A stretch of 64,000 bases of DNA from a cyanobacterium endosymbiont of Rhopalodia gibba (GCA_045159875.1 CP067995.1:928001-992000); one strand, 5' to 3'. Shown: positions 37,641 through 48,929, numbered from the stretch's first letter. Program-made: numbers and translations. The notes: generated by a model from the sequence alone, not told the origin.

Positions 37641-38356
37641 CTATAAATTTGAAAGTTTGTATTGTACTTAGTACTGTGTGACAGTCGCTTAAAAATATAT
37701 TATATCGATAATATATCTACCGAATCCTTTCGGCTTTAACAATAAAGTTGGGATTTTAGATTTGATTTGTAATTTATGATTAAAAATTTCCTAACTCGTC
37801 TCTCTCTAATGGACTAACTTCCAGTATGCAGTGGTCAGAAGAAAAATTACTTGGGCATTGAGGTCTAGTATTTTGTCTCCTGGGGTCATACGCACTGTTG
37901 TCTGTGTTGGTATTGGAGCAATCAATCATTTCAGATAAAGTCCAAGTAAGAATCGATCAATCATTCTCTGCAGTCTAAAAAATTGGCTTTAGTTGACGCT
38001 GGTAAAATAACAAATATTCAATTTATTGAGATTCAAGAATAACTTATCTTAAATAGGCTGATTGGGATTTTGTTTATGAGCAATTTTAAGCTATAAATAG
38101 TAAAGACAAAAAGTTCATTAAGCTTATCAAACTATCTCAAGAAGAAATGATGATTGATTAGTTTGTTTTGGTCGTTGTTGGACTTATTTTAGATTGTGAC
38201 AAGTTAAGCCGCATTTGATATTTTTTCTGCAGCCCTACAACAAGTTCAACAGTTCTTAAATTACAAAAGCTCAATTTTCATCTTTGGATTAAGACTTAAC
38301 CGACTGTTTTCAAACTTAGACAACAGTCGGCTTTCTATAAAAACAAAAGTAAACAA

Positions 38357-39088
38357 ATGGTAGCGAAAACCGGAATTTTATACGGCATTAGTGTAGGAAC
38401 AGGAGACCCTGACTTGATTACAGTTAAAGGGGTGCGCCTATTGCAACAGGTATCTGTTGTTGCTTTTCCCATGGGGGTAGGGAATCAACCTGGAATTGCT
38501 CAAACAATTATCTCCCCGTGGTTGACTTCTGAGCAGAAAACTTGGGCTCTACCTTTTCCATATGTCCAAAATGAAACGGAATTACGATTAGCCTGGAAAC
38601 AGGCTGCTGAACAAGTCTGGTCTTACCTTCAACAAGGAAAGGATGTGGCTTTTGCCTGTGAAGGAGATACCAGCTTCTATAGTACCTTTACCTATTTAGC
38701 CCAAACGCTCACCTATTATTACCCCTCGGCAATAATTAAAACCGTTCCAGGAGTTTGTTCTCCGATGGCTGTGGCTTCGGTTTTAAACCTTCCTTTAACG
38801 GTTAAAAATCAACGGTTAGCTATTCTTCCTGTCCTTTACACCTTGGAGGACTTGGAACAAACATTGGGGTGGGCTGACGTAGTAGTGTTGTTAAAAGTTA
38901 GTTCGGTCTACCCCCAAGTATGGGAAATTTTGCGACGGTTAAATTTATTGGAGCGCGCTTGGGTGGTGGAACGGGCGACTCAACCGGAACAAGTGATTTA
39001 TGATGAGTTAAAAGAGCAATCAAACCTTCAACTTTCTTATTTTTCCCTTCTTATTATTCACGTCAAACCTCCCGATCTTCGTAACTAA
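38357..39088 (+). CDS. cobI: Precorrin-2 C20-methyltransferase
   Basis: LYGISVGTGDPDLITVKG, VAFACEGDTSFYSTF, VPGVCSP and SYFSLL motifs. Confidence 0.92.
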   Translation: MVAKTGILYGISVGTGDPDLITVKGVRLLQQVSVVAFPMGVGNQPGIAQTIISPWLTSEQKTWALPFPYVQNETELRLAWKQAAEQVWSYLQQGKDVAFACEGDTSFYSTFTYLAQTLTYYYPSAIIKTVPGVCSPMAVASVLNLPLTVKNQRLAILPVLYTLEDLEQTLGWADVVVLLKVSSVYPQVWEILRRLNLLERAWVVERATQPEQVIYDELKEQSNLQLSYFSLLIIHVKPPDLRN

Positions 39089-39237
39089 ATTTAACATCCT
39101 ATAAACCTTTTCTTGATTGGGTTTGAGGATTTTAGCTGAAAAAATATGACTTTTGTTACAGTATAAATTATGTCAATTAACTGCCGACTTCGACAATAGT
39201 AACTATTAGATCTCATTGACTTTCTTGACCAATTGCT

Positions 39238-39495
39238 ATGAGTGTTACTCCCCTTCCTATCATTAAGTCCTCTTTATGTGTTCATTACACAATCAGTATT
39301 ATAACTAATGAAGTCCGTCAACTTGCAAAAAGAGAAATGACGAGTCGTTATAAACCTATTAATGTACTTTGCGGGTATATTTCCCCTTGTGAGTGGACGT
39401 ATGTGAAAACATAATTAGAGAGATGTGATTATTTACTACGTAATCAAATTGGCGATCCGATTCCCTGTGAAACTTGGGATAATGACCAAGATTAA
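39238..39495 (+). pseudogene. DUF4327 family protein, copy 1 (single nonsense codon)
   Basis: ..EVRQLAKREMTSRYKPINVLCGYISPCEWTYVKT*LERCDYLLRNQIGDPIPCETWDND; TAA at 39412-39414. Confidence 0.8.
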
Positions 39496-39793
39496 AGAAT
39501 GTTGATCAATCCAGTTCAAACTTTTACTTTACGATTTTGAAATCATTCCATCCCTACCTATATGATATCCCAGGAGTTGTTGGGAACAAAAGAGGTATTT
39601 CCATGAAATTAGGATAAAAACAGTCAGGATATATTAAAGCTATAACCCCAAAAAACATAAGTTTGGTCAAGATTTAACCAAGGCGTCCAAAAAGATACTA
39701 GTTGATACGGCTCTATATCTTAAGTTGCCCAAGTCTAAATGGAGGAGTTATTATATATAACTTTTGATCTACTCAATACTGTTTGGTGATTTT

Positions 39794-40043
39794 ATGAGAA
39801 CTATAACACCCCTTATTCTTTGTTCCACCCCTTATTCCACTGAGATAGTTCAAGATGAAGCTCAACAATTCGTCGACCAGAGTAACGTTAGCTGATAACA
39901 ACCGATCTACATTCTGTACGATTACGATTATGTCCTAGCGCACAAAGGGGTTAGTCTTGAGTATGAATTCGAAGGATACAATTGTTCGCTACGTGATTGT
40001 ATTGGAGATCTCTTTGGTTCAGAAATCTGAATCTAGCGACTGA
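39794..40043 (+). pseudogene. DUF4327 family protein, copy 2
   Basis: ..YSTEIVQDEAQQFVDQSNVS**QPIYILYD..LRDCIGDLFGSEI*. Confidence 0.75.
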
Positions 40044-40059
40044 AATTTTCCGAGCCTAC

Positions 40060-40448
40060 TTATCGTTTTGATTAGACTGCTGCAATTTTTCTAACTCTGT
40101 TCTCAGAGCAATCACTTATTCGGTTAGTTTTTTAATCACCCCTTGAGCATTCTTATTACTACTTGAGGAAAGGATTAACTTGTAATCATTATTCCTGTTC
40201 GTGGAAGTTGACGAATGTTGATATTGTTATTTATTTAACTATTTATTCACTAAGCGACGGGCTTCTTGTTCAGTTATCTACCCTTTCTGAGCCCATTCTT
40301 GAACTTTTTTTATAAATTGAGTCTAAATCTCAACAATAGTTTTTGAACGTTTTTGAGGATCTTGAAGAGTTTTTACAAAGGAAGTGGTAGCCACAACGCT
40401 AACTTGAAAGCCTTGTTGTAATAGTTGTAACAAATGATCTGTATTCAT
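40060..40448 (-). pseudogene. Conserved cyanobacterial coiled-coil hypothetical, pseudogene
   Basis: MNTDHLLQLLQQGFQVSV..TLQDPQKR..QEWAQKG*ITEQEARR..IALRTELEKLQ with stops and frameshifts. Confidence 0.7.
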
Positions 40449-40580
40449 AAATAGTTTGGTCATATTAAAAACAGTTTAGGTTAAATGACTTGAATTGTAG
40501 ATCAGCAAGGATCTACTCCCGACATTATTCTTAAACCTTTCCAATCAATACTTTCACTTGTTAACTAATCAGCCCCAGTA

Positions 40581-40919
40581 CTAGTCAACTGGTTTGAGAT
40601 ACTGTTCCAAGTCTTTGATTAGGCGGGTTAGTTCAGCTTCTATCGTCAGTCGGACACGGTCATCCTTGAGGGTCGATAAAACTTTAGCTGCAAAAGGATT
40701 TGGATAAATATTAGGATCACAAAACAGTTCAACAAAAACCTCTCATGTGTGAGTATATTCCATAGCCCTTTGAGGCTTATCTCCACTGACGGACTGAGTT
40801 AAAATTGCTTTAAGACCAACCATCAACTCATCGATTTCTCCTTTAAGAGTTTGAACAGCTTCAGGACTAAAATTAAAGCTAACGGCTCCTTGAATTAAGT
40901 TTAGTGTCAATTGAGCCAT
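40581..40919 (-). pseudogene. Conserved cyanobacterial hypothetical with one in-frame TGA
   Basis: MAQLTLNLIQGAVSFNF..MEYTHT*EVFVELFCDPNIYPNPFAAKVL..LTIEAELTRL; 113 codons, TGA at 40745-40743. Confidence 0.8.
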
Positions 40920-41459
40920 TGATAAAAAAAAACGGTATAAAGAATATCCTCCAAACTACTAGATACTCTCCAGTTGGGAAAGAAGATTACTCTAAATAAA
41001 AATAAATTATCTATTATGTATGTTTACTTTACTTGCCCCTCGCCGGAGGCGGCATACTGTAATTTCACCTTATTCCTCTATGTTTTTAGGGAATGTTAAC
41101 AACTTTTGTTAGAAATAAGTGAACCTCACAGTATATAGTAAACTGTTATCGTTAATAAAAGTTTCTTGCGTTTTTAGTTTAAGTTGAAATCTAAGCTATT
41201 TATCATCTAAATCAATATATTGAGAGTAAGAAGATAAGGGAGTGAGAGAAGGATAAATGGACAGTTTTCATGGGTTTAGAATATACCCAATCCAGCTCCA
41301 TAAAAACCTTGCTTAAGCTCATCTATGAAACTTGACAAACGCCAATGCTAGTGTGGTGTACTTGAGTACACTATAATAAATATATAGATTCAGTATAGTT
41401 GGTGTTTTAACTAATAACTCCTAAGACGACTACCCCAATTATCTAAGCACTTATAAATT

Positions 41460-42944
41460 ATGTTAAATCCATCTGAGACAACTACTATACTCTTAATTAT
41501 TTTGGTCGCCTTGGGTATTCTAACCTGGGGTTATAACAGAGCTAAATCCTATGGTAAATCGGTAGTTTTGTCCGAGTTGCAGTTGTTAACATTGATAGTT
41601 CCCTGGCTAGTATCTTTCGGATTATTTGCTGCTGGAATTTATCTTAATTTAGTCGCAATTCTATTTTTGTTGGTCACTTCATTAGCAGTATACATTTATT
41701 TAGGAAAAAGACTAAGAGCAGAAGGTCAAGACGTCATTCTACGAAAAAAGACCGCTGATAATTTACAAGAACAATATAAAACTAATAAGTCTCAAGTAAA
41801 TCAATCTGGAAAGTCTCGTCTTGATTCTAACCTCAAAATTGTAGCAGATGATCTACCCATTCCTAAAGAAGAGCTTAAACTTATTAAAGGCATATTTGGC
41901 ATTGACACTTTTTTTGCGACTGAAACAATTTCTTATCAAAAGGGGGCAATTTTTAAGGGAAATTTGCGAGGGGAACCTGACACAGTTTATGATCGCCTTT
42001 CAGAAAAATTAAAAGCTTGTCTTTTCGATAAGTACCGTCTCTTTTTGGTAGAAGGAACAGAAAGGAAACCTGTAGTGATAGTGCTTCCAAGTATTGTTGA
42101 CCCGCGACCAACTACCTTAGTGCAGAAAAATGTCGCTTTGGTCCTGTTTGTAGCGACTATTTTAACTAGTTTAGAAGCATCAGGAATTCTGTTAGGATTC
42201 GATTTGTTCAGCGATTGGAGTCGTTATAAAGAAGCTATCCCCCTTAGTTTAGGACTGTGGACAATTTTAATTGCTCATGAGATTAGTCATCGTCTTCTTG
42301 CAAAGCGTCATAATGTGCGCCTGAGTGTCCCATTTTTTCTTCCCACCTGGCAAATTGGATCGTTCGGGGCAATTACTCGCTTCGAATCCTTACTGCCTAA
42401 TCGAAACATCTTATTTGATGTGGCTTTTGCGGGCTCTGCTGCAGGATGGGGGCTTTCTTTAGTATTGCTGACGGTTGGATTGGTATTGTCCCATCCAGGA
42501 AGTTTGTTTCAAGTCCCTACTCAGTTTTTTCAAGGTTCAATTTTAGTTGGGAGTTTAGCTCGGGTGGTGTTCGGAGAAGAGCTGCAAAAATCGTTAATTG
42601 ATGTTCATCCCTTAACGATTATCGGATGGTTGGGATTAGTTATTAGTGCTCTTAATTTACTTCCTGCTGGTCAGTTAGATGGGGGACGAATTGTTCAGGC
42701 AATTTATGGACGAAAAACTGCAAAGCTAACTACAATAGTGTCCTTAATTGTATTAGGAATTGTAACGTTAATAAATCCGGAAAATTCCCTTCCTCTTTAT
42801 TGGATAATTGTGATTCTTTTTCTCCAACTAGACTTAGAAAGACCAAGTTTAAATGAGTTAACTGAACCTGATAATACCCGTGCCACGTGGGGTTTATTAA
42901 GTCTATTTCTTATGTTAGTGACTTTAATTCCTTGGCTTTTCTAA
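41460..42944 (+). CDS. Site-2 protease (peptidase M50, EGY-like)
   Basis: HEISH zinc motif, GSFGAITRF, NLLPAGQLDGG and multiple TM helices. Confidence 0.9.
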   Translation: MLNPSETTTILLIILVALGILTWGYNRAKSYGKSVVLSELQLLTLIVPWLVSFGLFAAGIYLNLVAILFLLVTSLAVYIYLGKRLRAEGQDVILRKKTADNLQEQYKTNKSQVNQSGKSRLDSNLKIVADDLPIPKEELKLIKGIFGIDTFFATETISYQKGAIFKGNLRGEPDTVYDRLSEKLKACLFDKYRLFLVEGTERKPVVIVLPSIVDPRPTTLVQKNVALVLFVATILTSLEASGILLGFDLFSDWSRYKEAIPLSLGLWTILIAHEISHRLLAKRHNVRLSVPFFLPTWQIGSFGAITRFESLLPNRNILFDVAFAGSAAGWGLSLVLLTVGLVLSHPGSLFQVPTQFFQGSILVGSLARVVFGEELQKSLIDVHPLTIIGWLGLVISALNLLPAGQLDGGRIVQAIYGRKTAKLTTIVSLIVLGIVTLINPENSLPLYWIIVILFLQLDLERPSLNELTEPDNTRATWGLLSLFLMLVTLIPWLF

Positions 42945-43612
42945 GCTAGCTATGATAAGGTGATAATCGACAGAAGTTGATTTTTTTTTACAAGGTTCCA
43001 AAATTTTTGGATGCTTAGTTCTTATGAAATTAGATTTTTAGAGTCATACAACACAGTTAGAATAAAAAACCTAAAAGTCATCAGCTGCTAATTTATTAGA
43101 CCAAATCTACTAGTATAGAAGAGTTAACTCCTTTAAGTTTTAGCTAGGAAACAAAAAAATTAGTGGCTATGAAGATAGATTTATTGATTACTATCAAGTA
43201 TCTTTGTCATATTTTTCGTTTTTTTAGACTTATTTCCCTTCAGGATATGGTGACTACTTGTACTTACTCTCATTCTCGTTCTGGGAAAAATTTTAGGACC
43301 GCAAGTTAAGCTCAATATTTTTTACTTTCTTTGAACTATGTTTTTATTACTTACTTATTTAAGCTCACTTAGCTTAATTTAATCTTAAGAACTATTAATT
43401 TATTTGATTTTTTAAAATTAGATAAAAAGCTAATAGTTAACGGATAATAACCTGTTAGGGGATTTTTTATTTAAAAATCTCCTTTTCAAAACTTGTAACA
43501 ATTATCTATTCCATCATCACAAATTAGATAATCCAGAAAAATAAAGTTTCTATTGATTAGTATTTCAGTGTTTTAGTCATAGTTTTATTATAAATTACAG
43601 TTTTTGTATCTT

Positions 43613-44410
43613 TTATCTCGCTGGTTGTATTCCTAAAAAATGTCGATACTTTACATAGAATCCAATCAACATCAATAAAATAATTCCAAGAGTTCCAATT
43701 CCCAAATAACTGGGTACCCAAAAAGAGGCTTCAATAGTATTGACTTGACCAGGTTTTAATGTCCAAACAATCTGACAATTTTTCTGCTCAAAAGAGGTAT
43801 TACTAACAATATTTTTAATTCCAAAAGGAGCCTTTAGAATAAATTCTAAGTCCACTAATGATCCTGTACTTAGGATAACATTGCCCTGACTCGATAAAAC
43901 TCCTAACGCTCGTAAATCTACTTCTAGATTAAGTAAATTATGTTCTAGAAATAGCCAATTACCTTGTTTCAAAGACATTCTAGCTTTAAGGTCCACTAAA
44001 TCTGAATCGTTGTCCTTAAGGGACTGAGTTGGACTAGATGTAGGAGGATTAAAAAATTTATTGAATTTCTCAATCAGTTCTTTACCATTCCCGAAAGGGA
44101 TTTTGACAAATATCTCTCGGGGAGATATTCGGTTAGCTTTTCCTTGAAGATTTTCTGCCCTTTTTTCAAGACTATCTAACCATTTATTAGCTTCCGTTTG
44201 ACTTAAATTAGTTAACTGTTCAGCCAAGCTAATATGTTGTACAATTTCCCCTCGATGTTGTTGAAAAAAATCGACACTTACACCATAGTGAACACAGCCA
44301 CTTAATAGGGTTAATAAACTAATAACTAGAGGTGCTAAAAAAAACCTTAACAAACTTTTAAATGTCTGTTCTCCACTTTTTTGGTTGAAATACTGTTCTT
44401 GATTTTTCAC
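43613..44410 (-). CDS. DUF3153-like membrane lipoprotein
   Basis: LLSGC lipobox, IPFGNGKEL, DLRALGV, WTLKPGQVNTIEASFWVPSYLGIG C-terminal anchor. Confidence 0.8.
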   Translation of the reverse strand: MKNQEQYFNQKSGEQTFKSLLRFFLAPLVISLLTLLSGCVHYGVSVDFFQQHRGEIVQHISLAEQLTNLSQTEANKWLDSLEKRAENLQGKANRISPREIFVKIPFGNGKELIEKFNKFFNPPTSSPTQSLKDNDSDLVDLKARMSLKQGNWLFLEHNLLNLEVDLRALGVLSSQGNVILSTGSLVDLEFILKAPFGIKNIVSNTSFEQKNCQIVWTLKPGQVNTIEASFWVPSYLGIGTLGIILLMLIGFYVKYRHFLGIQPAR

Positions 44411-44436
44411 GGTTAACCATTAACTTTTAACTAAAA

Positions 44437-46689
44437 TTAGTCATCGTCCCAATCATCATTTCTAGCGGAGCTCCCACCTCCAACAGTTACTAAATCAATC
44501 TGCTGACGATAATAATCTACACTTTTTACCTCTACTTCAACTTCATCTCCTAAACGATAAGCAATGCGATTTTTTCTTCCTACTAAACAACCATGACGGG
44601 CGCGATATTCATACCAATCGTCTTTTAAAGAACTAACATGAACGAGTCCTTCTACCAATAGGTCTTCAATTTCGACAAAGAAACCATAGGATTGAACTCC
44701 CGTAATCAACCCTCGAAAAACTTGTCCAGTACGTTCTTTCATTTTTTCAGCCTTCTTCAAGCCATCGAGATCTTTTTCTGCGTCTTCAGCTAACTTTTCA
44801 CGATCGTTAAGATGAGAAACTAAGATGTGAAATTCTTCTTCAAGACTTTCTTGCATTGCAGGTGGTAAAACATTCCAGTTAATGTCAATATGACAACGAC
44901 TGCTGTGGAGATCTACCCCCGTTTTAGTCTGTTTGGTACGACGATCACGCCCTTCACTAAACAATAACTTAATCATACGTTGTACTAATAAATCTCCATA
45001 TCGTTGACCAGGAGAGACACAATGGGTATAACAATCATGATAAGCTAAACCAAAATGGGGAGCCGAATGACTACTGTATTTAGCAGATTTTAGGGTGTCT
45101 TTCAAAAGAAAATTTAACACCCGCACCGATGAACATTGATTAAATCCTTGAGTCAAATTGTAATAATCTTGAGCGGTAATCTCCTCCTCCGAAGAGAGTT
45201 GTATCTCTATTCCTAAATTATCTACCAGTTTCAGTAAATCTTCTAATTCTTCCCAATCAGGTTCAGGTTGAGCACAATAAAGGGAAGGAATTCCTAAAGC
45301 GTAAAGATGATCGGCTACCGATTTTCCTGCTAGGATTACTAACTCCATCAACAGCGATCGCACAGGAACCTTGGATGAAGCAATAATGACTCCTAAGCGG
45401 CCTTCATCTTGATAAGGTGATCGCGGCTCTAACTGTAGTTCAAACCCTCCTCGTTGTAACCGTTGTGCTTTAACTAAGGGACTAAGGATAAAAAATAGTT
45501 GGTTGAGACATTGAGCTAATTCTTCTTGTTCCGCAGGAACCTGGTCAAGATGGGCTAATAACCCTTGAGCTTCCTGGTAAGTCAGTTGTTCATTAACATT
45601 GATAACTGTTGACTGAATTTCGAATTCAGTCATTTGACCATTTTTATCAAAGGTAATTAACACTGAAATAGTTAAACAATCCTTTTCTGGGACAATACAA
45701 CAACAGTCAGTTAAAGCCTTTGGCAATAAGGGAAGAACTTTTTCACCTAAATAAATCGTTGTCCCTCGTTTTTTTGCCGTTTTATCGAGGAGCGAATCAG
45801 GAGTAACATAATGAGCAACATCAGTAATATGAACACCTAATTGCCAGTATTGATTGGGAGTTTTTTCAAGGGTAAAAGCTGTTTCAACAAAAGGAGGATG
45901 GTCTCGTTGCTCATCTTCAACAAAGGTAAACGTAAACTTTTGACGCAAATCAACCCGCCTATCAATTTCAGCTTGATCAACGGTTTTTGGTAAGGCTTCC
46001 GCCAGTCGTTCCACCGCTTCGGGAAAAATTTGGGGCAAATCGTGTTTACAACAGACAATATCTGTATCAGCAGCTTCTTCAGCATCACTTCCTAAAATAC
46101 GGGTGATAGTTCCCCAGGGGGAATGTTCTCCAATCGGATAGCGTATTACCGAGACGTGAACTAAATGGTTTACTGCTTGTTCTAAACTATTCTCATTCTG
46201 TTTAAGTAGAAGTTCAAATAATAAGCGATCATCGAGAGGAATTGCTCTATAGTCTCCATCATCCATCTTTACTTGGGCAAGTAAAGATGGATTTGCCCGT
46301 TCCAAAATCAATTTCACTTCTCCTTCTGGAGAACGACGACGAGTGCCTTCTTTAATTACTTTAACGAGGACGCGGTCACCGTTCCAGGCATTGCTCAAAT
46401 GGGTTTCTCGTACATAGATATCATCAGCGTCTTCTTCATCTTGAATGGCAAAACAAAAACCCTTGCTTGAACAGCGTAATTTAGCTTCAACCAGATTTTT
46501 CTCTATAAAACGGCGATATTTTCCTCTCTCCTTAACTAAAACTCCAATTTTTTCTAGAATATCTAAAATGATTTGGAGCTTTTCGATGCTTTCTTCATCT
46601 TCACACCCCAACTTTTTCTCCAGAAATTTAGCCGCGACTAATTTGTCATCTGTAAAATTGGACAAAAGTGTAGCGATTGAAAATTCCAT
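44437..46689 (-). CDS. RNase R/RNase II family protein (cyanobacterial Zam-like)
   Basis: Cold-shock domain (KGFCFA..NGDRVLV), RNB region (VHITDV, RGTTIY, HFGLA) and C-terminal S1 domain. Confidence 0.9.
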   Translation of the reverse strand: MEFSIATLLSNFTDDKLVAAKFLEKKLGCEDEESIEKLQIILDILEKIGVLVKERGKYRRFIEKNLVEAKLRCSSKGFCFAIQDEEDADDIYVRETHLSNAWNGDRVLVKVIKEGTRRRSPEGEVKLILERANPSLLAQVKMDDGDYRAIPLDDRLLFELLLKQNENSLEQAVNHLVHVSVIRYPIGEHSPWGTITRILGSDAEEAADTDIVCCKHDLPQIFPEAVERLAEALPKTVDQAEIDRRVDLRQKFTFTFVEDEQRDHPPFVETAFTLEKTPNQYWQLGVHITDVAHYVTPDSLLDKTAKKRGTTIYLGEKVLPLLPKALTDCCCIVPEKDCLTISVLITFDKNGQMTEFEIQSTVINVNEQLTYQEAQGLLAHLDQVPAEQEELAQCLNQLFFILSPLVKAQRLQRGGFELQLEPRSPYQDEGRLGVIIASSKVPVRSLLMELVILAGKSVADHLYALGIPSLYCAQPEPDWEELEDLLKLVDNLGIEIQLSSEEEITAQDYYNLTQGFNQCSSVRVLNFLLKDTLKSAKYSSHSAPHFGLAYHDCYTHCVSPGQRYGDLLVQRMIKLLFSEGRDRRTKQTKTGVDLHSSRCHIDINWNVLPPAMQESLEEEFHILVSHLNDREKLAEDAEKDLDGLKKAEKMKERTGQVFRGLITGVQSYGFFVEIEDLLVEGLVHVSSLKDDWYEYRARHGCLVGRKNRIAYRLGDEVEVEVKSVDYYRQQIDLVTVGGGSSARNDDWDDD

Positions 46690-47322
46690 TTACCTATTAA
46701 TCTTCCTTACTAAATGTGAGTGGATCTTATTGGTGGCTGGAATCATAGAAGAGTAGTTGCTCGACAGCTCCCTAAACTGTTATGTCTTCTATACCCGACA
46801 CCATGAAGCAAGAAAAGTTCTTTCTTCAATGAGGAGATTGCCTAGTTAGTTAGGGAGCTTAGCTAACTAAGATGGTGGCTCAGTTAAGTGATTGCCGTCT
46901 TTATTCTGTCTTCATTCTTAAGATAAAAATCTTTAGAATGGCTAAGTTAGCTTTCCCAATTATACCTCTGTTTACAATCAAGAAGCGACCCTTGATATAT
47001 CTGGATTTGCCGCATTATTTATTCTTGGAGATCTGAATCTATATTAGCAGTGAAGTTGCTCCTAGGAACCTTTGATTTTGTACTTTAAAAGTCGTGTCCT
47101 ACGAGAACAGAGTGAGAGTCGAGTCGTATTATCTAGTGAGAAGAACTACTCTCATTGGAGGTCAACTCTGTCTAAGGTGGGTGTGAGGAACTAATCCGTT
47201 GACACTTTCCTTTCACAAACTTATCCGAATTTTAATTTTACCAAGGTTAAGTGACACTTGCGAGGTTTGTCTTTGACAAAAGTGAAAGTCAGTATTTATT
47301 TTTTATGTCATTTTAGATTTCT

Positions 47323-47790
47323 TTAACGAGTCACGTAAGCGCACAGCGCAGCCTTCCATACCAAACAATAGGACTTTCCTGCTTCACTAACTTTGTTCAT
47401 ATAGAAAATGTTGCCATTTATCCACCTCTATCCAGATACTTCTAAAATTAGCGTTAACGACTATCTATCAGCCGTAAATGTATTGTTTTAAAACTATCAG
47501 AAAAGCTTTTCTGATAGTTTTAAACTTTTTAGTGTTTTTGATTGTCTGGCAAAACCCAGGCAACCTTCTTTATCTCCAACAGTTAGGGCAATAGGGTTCT
47601 TTCTTTAATTTCCTAGCTCATTTCTAGATATCGATTAGACTTTACTTCATCTTCTTTTCTAGCTTTGTCGTCAAGCCCCGTCAAGCCATCAGAACGCTTT
47701 CATTTTGATGTCGGAGGTATATTCCCCTACAGCTTGATGCGTTCCGTTCGTTTATAGCACAGGGCTTACCAACAGTATAAGAAATAGGTT
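47323..47790 (-). mobile_element. Probable group II intron fragment (end of DI to DIV, start of the intron-encoded ORF)
   Basis: Minus strand ttggtaagccc..aacgaac..gaagatgaagtaaagtc resembles chloroplast-like group IIB DI/DIII motifs; the ATG at 47400 gives MNKVSEAGKSYCLVWKA, like an RT-maturase N-terminus, then breaks off. Confidence 0.45.
47487..47524. repeat. Perfect 38-bp palindrome with no loop
   Basis: tttaaaactatcagaaaag|cttttctgatagttttaaa. Confidence 0.95.
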
Positions 47791-47993
47791 TACCCGGATA
47801 TAGAAATCTCTTTATTAAGAGCAATACAAAATATTTCTATAAATTCTATAAAGAGAAATTCTAAACTTCACGAATTCATAAAATCAAAGTGTGTTTATAT
47901 TTGACTTGTTTTTCTTCAATACTTTCCTACCTTTATTCCCCGTAATAGTACCAATAAACTAAATAAAGATAGTAGCGGGTAGCTCAAAAAATT

Positions 47994-48929
47994 ATGTTGA
48001 CTAAATTCAGAATTCTTTATCCTCAAGGCGGTGTAATCAGTGAATTAGTAGCAATTGATCACGCAAAAAAGTATATGATGCGGGTCCTAATAAAAGTTGG
48101 ATCAACTACTTTAGGGGCAGGTTTAGTCGGAGCTAATACTGTCGAAGAAGCTGAAGATGCTGTGAGAAACAGAGCTTTAAAGTTACTAAAGCTTGATAGT
48201 GTTTCCTTAAACCAGAATAGTCTCAACACTCCTTAAGCTCAAAAAAACCACGATTCAGACACAATAGCAACAAAAATTACAATCCATGAACCATCTTTTT
48301 CCTCTAAAGTTTCGAACATTTCGGTAGTTGCTCAAACCTACTATGAAACACCATTACCTAAGCAACAAGTTCCAGTCGCGACTTCTGTAAAAGTTCCCTA
48401 AACTCCTATAGTAGAGGCGAGCTACTCTGAACTATCAGCTTTTGCTGAGAAAACTACAAGCCAATCTTCAAGTCCAGTATTATTGATTTCTAACATCGAT
48501 GAAATCATAAATGAACCAGTAGAGAAAGTTTTTCTAAAACCCTCCTTAGTAGACGAAAATTCTACTAGTCCTAATGTAAAATTAGCTGAACCGATGGAAG
48601 ATGTTTCCCCAAGCTCTTCTCAAATATAAGAAACATTTATTTCAACATCAGAGATAGGAAAAATTTCAACGTCAATGACCATAATAAGCCAAGAGCTTCC
48701 AGAAGTATCTTTTTCCGAAGAACAATCTCCCCTAACAAAAATTGAAGAACCTCGTGAGTTTTCGGAAATTATTGCCCGTTCTAATACAGAGATGAAACGT
48801 TTGGGCTGGACAAAAGTGCAAGGACGCGAATATTTGATTCAAACTTATGGAAAGCAATCACGTCAAATCCTCTCTGATGAGGAACTCCTCGAATTTTTGT
48901 ATTACCTTGAAAGTTTACCAACTCCTTAA
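47994..48929 (+). pseudogene. Conserved cyanobacterial two-domain hypothetical interrupted by two in-frame TAA stops
   Basis: ORFs 47994-48236 and 48675-48929 are in the same frame; the linker between them is open except for TAA at 48234-48236 and 48627-48629. Confidence 0.8.

Noticed and set aside
39412..48629. Stop-codon reassignment as an explanation for single-stop genes
   Set aside because: The internal stops are mixed (TAA and TGA), intact genes end in all three stop codons, and tRNA-Trp has a normal CCA anticodon
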